Assembly: GCA_040954595.2 (NCBI GenBank) | Contig: CM082579.2 | Span: 8,297,625-8,361,624, forward strand | Source of the DNA: Balanoglossus misakiensis | Taxonomy: Eukaryota > Animalia > Hemichordata | Direction of reading: 5' to 3' | DNA length: 64,000 nt | Shown here: positions 53,957 through 64,000 of the stretch, piece by piece | Layout: every line of letters begins with the position of its first letter | How positions within the stretch are numbered: the stretch's first letter is position 1 | Notes under the pieces: generated by a model | What the model saw: only the letters and a program-made list of their open reading frames with translations | The model's database searches: none | Told to the model about the DNA's origin: nothing | Translations under genes and position numbers: made by a program

Positions 53957-54647
53957 TGTTACGGCACGCTGGCCGTTCAGTTCAGGGCAGTGAGCAAATA
54001 GAGTTACTGAATGGCTCGCTTTGGTGAACCAACCAGCGCAGCACGCAACAAAAGACGGTCAACAATGGGCACACAACACGTTATTTCCTTGCTTATGGAA
54101 ACTTTTAATTACTACAACTAAACATTGGTAAATAAAAATGATTGTACACTGGGAAATAGCACACAAAAATAAATGACTACCTTAAATGTGACCAGGTGTG
54201 GGAAATGAAAAAGACTGAAGTCCAAGGCTTCGTAGCACACGGCGAACGCGACCAGCACCACGGCAGTCCCGACAGTGACGTTCAGTCCGAGTAGCGTTCT
54301 GGCACAATTCCCCGGTAGACGGCACGGCTTTCTGACGAATTCCTCATGAGGTAGCACGGCTTCTGGGTGCGGTTTCCAGACCAGGGCAGCATGAAAGAAC
54401 ACGGCTTCCGGGCGCGGTTTCCAGACCAGGACAGCATGAAATAAGGCACAGCTTCCAAGCCGGCGAGGAAGAGAACAGCTCACACGGGCAAGTCCAAATT
54501 AGTAGCTACGCCGCAACACAACGTGCGGGCTTTTTATATGGGGAAAATAATGAATGCACCACACCTGGTCACGTAACTATTCAAATTACGAAAGTAAGCG
54601 AAAACACACCTGGTCACAAAACAACAGCAAACTTCTCCTACGTAACA
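53957..54647 (-). mobile_element. 3' LTR (691 bp) of a Ty3/Gypsy retrotransposon
   Basis: Termini TGTTACG...CGTAACA form a perfect 7-bp inverted repeat with TG..CA ends. On the minus strand there is a TATAAAA at 54538-54532 and an ATTAAA at 54109-54104. The LTR is immediately preceded by the polypurine tract GAGGGGGGAGG (54658-54648). Confidence 0.88.
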
Positions 54648-54741
54648 CCTCCCCCCTCAGAAAAGAAAAACGTTACAATAGTGGCGTTTTTCAAGAACAA
54701 TTACATTTGTTAATCACTTCAAAAAATAATCCTATCACATA

Positions 54742-54858
54742 TTATACTCTTGATAGTGCATCCGGAATTACATTTTCTTTACCAGAAATATGCACAATTT
54801 TAATTGAATACGGCTGTAGTAGTAAACTCCAGCGGAACAATCTGGTACTTTTTGTTTT
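54742..54858 (-). pseudogene. Truncated pol fragment: C-terminus of a Ty3/Gypsy RNase H
   Basis: Minus-strand translation KTKSTRLFRWSLLLQPYSIKIVHISGKENVIPDALSRV* matches the Gypsy RNase H end motif RxxRWxxxLQxYxxxIxHxxGKxNVxADALSR. Similarity is lost beyond ~54860. Confidence 0.9.
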
Positions 54859-57800
54859 CGAGAGACTGCAGACTCTTCTGTGACCTTGCCCGTGTTTTGA
54901 TTTGACCTTTTGACTTCTTCATTCCTAGTGGCAAATGAAAATACCTAATTCAAAAGGCGGTGGTCTTTGAAAAACTAAGTCACAAAACAGTTATGAACCG
55001 ACAGTACGAGTTAATTACTTCACATGTCTATCTTTTTAAACAGACATAATTATCCCCGCGCCATGCGAAGGACAATGTCTACCCTGTATTTTTTTCCAAT
55101 TAATCTGAAACTTTTAAAAATATATTGCAGCTGGCTTTGACAAAATGATTACTGCGGGGTCTTGAAAGCTGAAGCTAGAAACTTATTATTTATGTTTCAG
55201 TGAGCATCCGATAATCTGAGATATTTTAAACACCAGAAAGTTTTCCAGACATTTTTTTCCACATCAAATCATTCTTTGCATGTAAACAGGACTCGCTGAT
55301 AGAAGATAGAAACTTCGAAATGTTTTCACGTGCACTGTGCGTACATCATGTATATCATTCGAACTCTGACCGCCGCTATCGTCCTCAAATTGCCGTTCCA
55401 GACTTCTGCGCCGAGCTCCCTTTATCTTACTGTAGGTCGATAATATCTTTTATCTCGTGTACGGAATATTGACCAGAAATGCGGGAAAGGCTCGTTACGC
55501 TTCTGTAACGAGGGGAGTGATTTATGCTCCGCGTCGGCAAGAGAGTTTATGCCTGTTCTAAATGAAGTTGAAATCCGACACAAAGATCCACAGCAGATCT
55601 TCGAGGCAAAAAAACTACTGAGGCGGCGTTTGCATAACATGTAACCGCAAATGGAATTCTCCGTCTGATGTCTGCGAGTGTACATGCTGTGTTATATTAT
55701 TTAGTCACGTGTCATGTGTGGATAACTAATTCAAGTTGCCACGCCCAGCCGCCGGGGATTATTAGACTCAATAGGAAGTATACATTGTACAGTTAGCTCG
55801 ATCATCATTAGTTATTAGTTGGAAACTAACTTTTCAAGAACCTCGTCTAGCTCGAAAGTTATTGGTCACTAGTTGTAAATAAGAATTTTCAAGAACCTCG
55901 TCTCTCGTAAAAACAAAAACAAACCTAAAGTGAGTCAAACTACATGTATATGTATAGCAAACCTTGTAAAATTTACCGAAAAAGTATTCCTGTCTTACAG
56001 TACTTGCGCTTATCCCATTTCTGTGCACTGTTAGCAGTGACATTTTAGCTATCTTCTAGTTAGGATTCCGATAAATGACAGAAAACTACAGCGTCTTTTT
56101 TGTACGAAGCCTTGAATTTTCGTCACAAAATGTAACATGTTGAAATAAATATATGCATGCCCACCATGAGTTTAACTGCAACTCGTCAAATGTATTTTAA
56201 AGGTATGCGTGTGAATTAATTGATGTATAAAGAATCTGACCGGAGGCACTGACGCAGGAAAAGCGCCCTTCAAGTAACCGAAGAATATACGAATTTTATT
56301 ACTTGCGCAAGTCCAATAAAGTGCTACGTTGAATACGCTTTGTTCATACATTTACTTAAGGAAACGTCCATCCAGTCAAAGCGTTTGACTATACAATGCT
56401 AGAATGTTGACAAAGCTATATGAGACATCTCCCTGAAATCGTCCGTGATGAAATATGCAAATGACGTCACTATGTTTGGCAATAGTCTGTGGTTTCAATA
56501 CCTTATGCCATTGAGCATACTAATGAGGAGAGAAAGGCCTTTTAAAATGTACACTATAGCTGGGCAATAATGCCGCGAGCATTCAGAGCACGCTGCGCTA
56601 TCATCTGCGCATTAACACTCAAATCACCTTCCGATTTCATGTTGTCTCATTGTGCCGTGAAATATGAATCGGGAGATATCCTTGTTGCCGACGGCGAGCG
56701 AGCTCACTGATCCGCCACGCCGTGTACCCCGTAATCCCACGCACGAGCCAACTGAAACACGGTTGGTCGTAAACCGTACATAACAGGCTGCGAGACCCAC
56801 TCCAAAACCACGACTCTGTCTCAGCGTCGTATTCTTGAATCTGCACTTAATGTTTTTCGTTGTTCCTTCCCTGCAATCAATCAATCACAAATCCCTGGTT
56901 TTACGATTACCTGTACGATAATTACAAGATAACCTGAAGTACGATCACATCCGATGTACCATTATATGCGCACGAGATTTCAATACAATATAAGTAATCA
57001 TTGTGGGGCGAAAGGAAGTCATGAAATACAGTCAACATATAATTTCTTCTACATGGCCGCTGTACACATACACAACATCAAACAAAACTCGTCGTGGAAA
57101 TCACACAAATGTTATATTATTGTTCAGGAAATGCACTATATATTCCAAAAGGATAAACTGCAGTTATTTTATTAAAGTTTTACGATATCTGTGCCCTGGG
57201 TTTGATAGGCTGGCATGTAGCCGGTGTAGAAGCATCGGAACTTCGATAGCCTGGCACGTTCTGTAAATACCCAGTCTTTCACTCAGCAAAAATAACAACA
57301 TAAAGTAGTACTCGCTTCCGCGTGGCTGCCCAACTTCACGATCGGCAGATCGGAAACCTACATTACAGCTGCGCCACCTTTCTGCCCCGAGACGTCGCGG
57401 TGACTCTGAATTGTTTCCCCAGTCAGTGCACGTTTCCCGCTCAGGGGGTGTGTGTGCATCATAGCAACTGGGGCGTGTATACATGTGGGATTGTCGTCGA
57501 CTTGACCCGGTTTGCGGGTTTTGCTCCCCAGAACTGGAAAGAGGCCGCGCGCTTTTAAAAATGACGACATCACTTCCAATGCTGTCATTTAGCGATTGTG
57601 CTGCATTTAATATTGTGGCCGTGCGTGTAAGTCGTAATGTTGCGATAGCGACGCATTTCGGTGATATGTGTCTCTGGGCATGTAACATTAATAGTTCACA
57701 AGCACTTCACGGAACCGGCAGGGGAGATTAGAGATTTCAGTAAAATAAATGCGGCTCAATTTTTTATTACTATGCCCGCTCGGCCTGCAGATATTGGACT

Positions 57801-60800
57801 TTCTTTAATGCATTATTCGTCAACTTTGAGCTGAGACAAACACTCGGGGACCAGAAGCACGGCCGTGTTTTCCAATTGAATGAGCGGAAATTGTATCCGT
57901 GTATTTCCCCAAAGAGTGGCGATACTGGTATTATACTTTTTGATCTTTCCGATACAGGATTCAGATCCGTATCCCCGCGCTCGTTTGTGGTTCTTATCGC
58001 GCGGCGGTCTCACCAATCCAGAAAAGCTTTAGCGTCTACTGGGGGGAACTCTTGTGCTACTCACACGGGAAATTTGCAATGACGCGACAGAGTTTAACAA
58101 AAGCGAGTCGAGTGACCTCTGATCTTTTTGTCGACATTTTTGTCGATCAACTGCCCGTTCTCGAACGTCATTCTAAGCCGCTTAAGCATGGCGTACATTG
58201 TAGGAAACACATGTATAGGAAACAGATGTACAAGTATAGGCCTGGTGTATGATACAGCGACGTGGGTAGATGTCTTAATGTAGTAGTTCGCCGCGCATTT
58301 CATTTAAAGAAATTACATGAGAGCATGGCATATATGGAACTTACACCTAACATAATTGCTCACCGGCCGATGAAAACAATCAGAAATGCCCCTCCAGTTA
58401 AATACATTATCACACATTCTTTATTAGATAATTTAATAATTCAAACGTTTAATAATAAATAATCTCAACATCCTGCCCGATAATCAAATTTTAAATCATG
58501 ATCATGCGATTCGTGAAAAATTGGCACTCACCAAAGCTCTCTTCTGTAGTTTTCTTTCAAAAAGTTCCCCGATGAAACATGTAGAATTGAAGTTCTGGTA
58601 ATATCCACAGAAAACAAGATTCGGCATCCCAGTATTTAAATCATCGCTCAAATCAACCGTTACATCACTTCCGGATCCGGTTTACGATACATACGTCACT
58701 GCAACCTATCAGTGGTTCAAAACGGTCCCAGGTTATTTTGTTGTAAGGTGTTGTTTTTCCCCTACTTGAATGGCAATTATATTTTTATTAAACCTGTTCT
58801 TGTGTCGTCTGCACGACAGAGTAAATGGCTGCGAAGTGCTGAGGCAAACATCGGCATGTGTGAGTGATAGTTTTCATCCAGTGGAAATAACCCACGATTA
58901 CAGCACTAGGCCTATATGCAGATGTGTTATCATCTCCTACTTTGCATGTGTATTGAAATTGTGGGAAGTTTTCCCCGTGTGTAGGTTTCCTATGCACTAA
59001 TAACGACGTGTCATAAAAACGCCAACGATGCCCCGATGAGTAAGAAATCACTTTGAAATAATTAATACAAATGCATTTCCGCTGACCAGTATTGATATTG
59101 ATCGGTAGCTTGGGCTGGCCGCTTGGTCATAAAGCGGCCACAAAGGTATGATTTTCACTTCGCGGATCCAGGGCGGAAATGTGGATTAAGTTGGTGCCTC
59201 GACTTTGTAATCATAATGTTTTCCCGCTGCTCGAGCCATTGATGTCGCGTGTCGGCAAACTGTTCGATCGATGCTGCCCGTCCCTCTGGTGTACGGGAAA
59301 ACGTATGCTAGTCCCCAGAAAATCCAGAGAAATCGAGAGGAAAAATGTTGTTTACCATCAATGTCATCAGACTGATGACCCCTTGGGAAGGCAAATCTTT
59401 CATCTGTCATCGTCAGCGAAAACTCAAACTGATGTGTCTCAGCTTCTCTCTGGCCTGTGATCACTTCGTAACTGAGCGTTCATATCAGCGCTATGCAAAT
59501 TTACTATCGGAGTGCCTTTAATAAATTTAAGCTGCCACGCCTGTCGCCCGCTTAGCACTTTTAATGAACTTCTCGCGATTCAAAATGGCGGTATTTGCAT
59601 TTCGCTTCGACATGCATCTGTTCGCTTTCTACTGAGCGGCCCTGTCGGGGGTAACCTCTCAAGTCAAACATCAATTATTTACTAGGGAAAGAAATCGCAT
59701 ATCCATGTACTTTATAAGAAACTGCGCTGCGCACGCATGAAGTATCGCAATAAATACTCTCTAAAAACACACCTGTTAGGTTCTGTCGATCTCCTGCGAA
59801 TTATTAATTCATTAGTTAACCCCTTGCGCATTGTGAAGTATTTTGCCTTCGTCGTAACATGGCAGTTTCAGTGATATACTACTGCTGAACCCACAAAAAA
59901 GCGGGAAAACTCAGAAATCAAAATGTCGTCTGGGACTGTGTTTGACTTCAAGTCCTGCGCATATGAATAAATAGCTCGCAAAGTGGGGAATTTCTGATTT
60001 TGTCCACGAAATCGTTTGTTCACCATTCAAGTTTAATTAAGTAACACCTCCCTGTCTGAGGAAATTATCCGGTCAAACAACTCAAAGTTGGTAACTCGGA
60101 CTTTAGACTTGCCGAGGACGTGCTTCGCGAAACAGGCGTGCGAAGAAAGCCAGGTGCTTTAATGGAAGCTTAATATTTTAGTACTATCTGACTTTTTTTG
60201 CGGAAAATTTAAGAAACACATCCCATGTGACAGGATTGGTCGTGAAATAGCATATCTTCATAAAATAAAAAATCGTGGATATTCGTCATATTGCGTGACG
60301 ACATCGCGTAACGGCATTTCTTGTGACGTCAATTTATATTTGCTGCATATTGATTCTATGTATGTCGAAGAATCAGCTCAATATCTTTATTGAAAAACAT
60401 CCCCTGAACTCGAGTACGAGAAAGCGTATCTCTCTTTTGCTTACATCATGAGTTTACGCGACAATTTACTGTGCACGTGTTCCAAACGTTTTATACTCTA
60501 TTAACCGAGGAATCGATTCCTGCCGACCATTGTGCGACAGTAATTGTTTGGAGACTACGCCGTAATGATTGATTTTAGACAGCCATCTTACTTGTATCAC
60601 GGAAGACGGATTACCTATGATGAAATCAAAATGCTAAATATTCTAGAGAGTGGCTATTTTTTTATTATAAATAGCTGTATAGTGACTCTGACTCGAGTGG
60701 GAAAGTGGAAAGAATTTCAAGTGGAAAACAGAAATAAGGTCTTAGTTAGAATGATGTTCTGTATCCTGTTGAACAAATCATCCGATTGTGTACAGCGGAA

Positions 60801-62353
60801 CGCTAATTATAGACAATTTTCTGAAAGAATTTTATCACGAGGACTCGTTCGATGAAAAACAGAAACGATCCATGATGACTAACCATGCCACTAGATCGAG
60901 AGAAAAAAAGTACAGCGATTTAAGTTTCGAGTGTGAAACATTCCATTCGATCGTCGACGCTGTGGGAAATAAAACCATTTCGAATTGGGCAAAAAAACGC
61001 CGCCAATTAGGGAAAGAAAACAACATCTAGAAATAATGGCTACGATTAAACGGAGACCGCGGGCCGGGATTATGTGACCGACCGACTGGTGACATTGACA
61101 GATTCGCGCCAGGAGCGAAGGCTGTTCATCCGGGTGTCTTGGGAATCGGTCTATCACTCGCTGTGGAAATTAAGTAAGCGACAGAACAGAATTAGAGAAA
61201 GATTAACCATTTTGTCCGTAGCGAGTTCGTATCATTTTGTTTGCTCTGCGAGGCGCTTTGTCATTGATGATCCAATTCACCACTTTTATCTGTTGGACTA
61301 TCTTTCATAATCCACATTACGTCGAATTACTTTGTTCAGATGTTCAGTTATTATTGCCCGGAGGAGCACCTTATTTATTTTAATCTCGAAAGTGAGCCAC
61401 TGGGATGGGGCTACAAATGAAGGCGTTTTCTCAAACTAATGGTCCGTGGAATGAAAGACCGCGATTAAACCTCGTGTACGAGACCCCAGTACGTGACGCG
61501 AGCGACTGTGTTCGCATTTGTCCCGCGCTTGGCTGCAAAGTCGAATGTCGTACGCTGTTTGGGAACACCGTGTCCAACCGTGGTGCTCACAGATGTTGGC
61601 GCGGCTCCAAACAAGTCACAGTATTAATGCACGCCCACGGTCTCGCCAAATATAACCAAAGATGCCTCCTGCATTCGTATTTTTTTAAAGGGGGAAACGC
61701 AACGATAGATAATAGCGACGTCGGTGTGCAGACTCCAAGCAAACCCAAGGAGTACCGTATAGTATCCGTACCGTATAATATCGTACGCTGCGTACCGTAC
61801 ATAACGTTTCCCCTATTTTGGCACGTACTGTATGTGGCATATAAGTCTTATATTGGAAGTGCGTCCCGTTCCAGCATGATTCAGTCTTAGATGAAAACTC
61901 GGCATTGGTAAAAAAAATAGTCTACGTTGCTATATGCAGTTGAGTATACGGCTGCTGTACAGTCACGTATATGCTACTATTCAGAGACCGCGGTATTAAC
62001 TGCATCCACAGATCACCAATACACGCCATCCCATCTGTTATTCTAACTTTACCTCGCCCCGCAGTACACACATAAATCACGTGACACAAATTACAGACTG
62101 GGATGATTTTGATATTGCAGGCATCGTCTGGAGGAGCGTGTTTCACGAGAGATGCGCAGCTCTGTCCCCACCTATTACTATTCATGAAAGCCCCGGCTGT
62201 GCTGTGCGCATGCTCGCCACGGCGGCGTGGCAGATCGAGTTAGGCGGAGGAGAGGAGATAGGCGTCTCGCGGGATGGGCGAAACAAGCCGTCGTTTGGAA
62301 GTGTAGAACGGGGCAAATGGCCAGCTTTGACGGCAGAATAAAAAAGTGACACC

Positions 62354-62450
62354 ATGGCGCACGAACCCAGAAACTGGATTACTTTCTTTTATATTTCAAT
62401 TACGTACATCAGCAGTGCGCTGGCGCAGCAGGAGTATGTGTATGTTTTAG
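62354..62450 (+). CDS. Probable first coding exon (signal peptide) of an unidentified secreted or membrane protein continuing beyond the window
   Basis: Kozak ACCATGG; MAHEPRNWITFFYISITYISSALAQQEYVYVL with a hydrophobic core and an A-L-A|Q cleavage motif; consensus donor AG|GTAAGT in phase 1; GC-rich leader upstream. Confidence 0.65.
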
Positions 62451-64000
62451 GTAAGTAAAGTTCCGTGGTCTTCTCTACATTGTAACACTTTTAAATGGTC
62501 GTATATTGTTACCTGTACACGAGTACGTAAAGTCTATACGTATGTGGAAGGGAGCAACCTATCATGGTGGTATTTTTTTCAAAACGTGTCCACGTAGACT
62601 GTCTGCAGCTGAGGACTACAGATAAAGAATGGACAGAAGGGGACCGGTGTGGGTCTTTGGAAGCTTTTAGTTATGGCCGTCGCGTATCGTCGCATTTCCC
62701 CGGAGTCAGGCCATTTGGCAATTCACGGTAGAGCGCGCAAAGGGTTTGTTCGGTTCATTTTAATGGCGAGTCGAAATTACAAATGAAATCAACCGCTATA
62801 TCAATCTGACGATAATGATATTTTGAGCAGTTCCCGATGAAAAAGAAATAAAATGGTTTCGATCAATTGGAAACTACAATACAATTTGCGCGATTGAATG
62901 TTAGAGATTAAAAATCATCCTGTACAAAGCAAAGCCGGGGGTTGCCATGGTTGAATTCACTCAGGACTAATCTGATGAATGTTTTTGTCTATATTGAGCG
63001 CGGATCGACGTGTTCTTTGCTTGCCTTTAAACGCGTGGAGAAATTCAACAAAATGCAGCATGCGAGGGCCACCCTGACGTTTTGCTAAAACGACGAGCTT
63101 TCGGCATCATTTATCGGCCAGTGCTCTTTGAAATGGTTTTAAAGTACGTTACACTTCAGTGACAATTAAGAAAAACTACAGCCGCGTGAATCTTTCCAGT
63201 GCCTTCTCTGTAAAAAAAAACTCATCTAGAAAGCTAAACATCTAGCAAGTCTACTACACTATCTTCTTTTGAACGACACCAAAGAGTCAAATATTTCCAT
63301 TGTGCTACACTCGGCGGCCATTTTGAATTTCACCGAACGGCCAGAGAATTTGACATATTTGTCTATCTAATCAAATATGCGTGGGGAATGTTGATTTTTT
63401 CTGGTTTGTTGAATTAAAAATAGTCCTACATGAAATGGATTACAGGAACATTATTTTACAAAACTGATTGATTACCCTTGGTGTGAGGCGGATGTTAAAA
63501 GTTTTCCTATCATAGTACGAACGAAAGTTATTTTGTGATGCCCAATATAAGTTCAACTGTACTAGGGCGAGGCTAGTCAATATTTAACCGTTCATTCGCT
63601 GAAAAAACACATGTCGCGGAGTTAAGCGAAATGCACTGAACGCAGCATGCCGGGTACAAATGATGGAGAGAGTTGTACAAATAGCCGGGAGACAAAAGGC
63701 AATTTGCAAATTCAGGGTACTTCGGAGCGGGATATATAAATTTATATTAACACATTGCGTGTTTATTTGCTCAAATGATCCAATGCAATGCATACCCCGC
63801 GGAACGTATAAATATATCATTTTGAATGTTTCTTGGCGATTTTACCCTTTCTGGACAGTGGCAAGATCTATACGCGAGCCAACGCTTTGTTCGTGACCGG
63901 CACTCGAGGCAGCTGTAAACACTGCGCATGGCCCAACAACGAATTTGATCCCACTGGAGTAATCCCAAACACGGCACGCCGTATCAAGGCTTAGGGACGT

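Noticed and set aside
54252-54268. RE1/NRSE-like sequence CAGCACCACGGCAG
   Set aside because: It lacks a base of the GGACAG half-site and lies inside an LTR.
55830-55905. Direct repeat TTTTCAAGAACCTCGTCT, two copies ~55 bp apart
   Set aside because: Only two copies; an ordinary local duplication.
59364-59396. Hammerhead ribozyme core (CTGATGA)
   Set aside because: No GAAA after a stem II. The motif is simply part of the small palindrome TCATCAG-A-CTGATGA.
55400-62340. Numerous 60-174 aa ORFs (e.g. 57164..57688, 61405..61890)
   Set aside because: No recognisable domains, coding bias or consistent exon chain; consistent with random intergenic ORFs.

Overview
This is AT-rich metazoan genomic DNA with spliceosomal introns and no operons, rRNA, tRNA or CRISPR. 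A marine invertebrate, plausibly a deuterostome, is my inference. Main contents: (1) A ~23 kb tandem satellite of 88-bp monomers (~10100-33093, ~260 copies) with diverged edges, local multi-monomer duplications and a noisy stretch that may be an assembly artefact. (2) A complete 8-exon + strand gene (35945-50093, 1305 nt CDS, 434 aa) for a glycine-receptor-alpha-like Cys-loop anion channel subunit. It has a GC-AG intron and naturally reads ESYGF in loop B, equivalent to the F159Y/Y161F GlyR alpha1 double mutant. (3) A minus-strand Ty3/Gypsy remnant (RNase H end, stop, polypurine tract, intact 3' LTR; 53957-~54860) whose layout suggests the Gmr1-like domain order. (4) A probable signal-peptide first exon of a second gene (62354-62450). 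(5) Small MITE-like, dispersed and simple repeats. Nearly all ORFs in the supplied track are spurious. I see no new multi-gene system; the best leads are the receptor's predicted agonist profile and the satellite just upstream of it.
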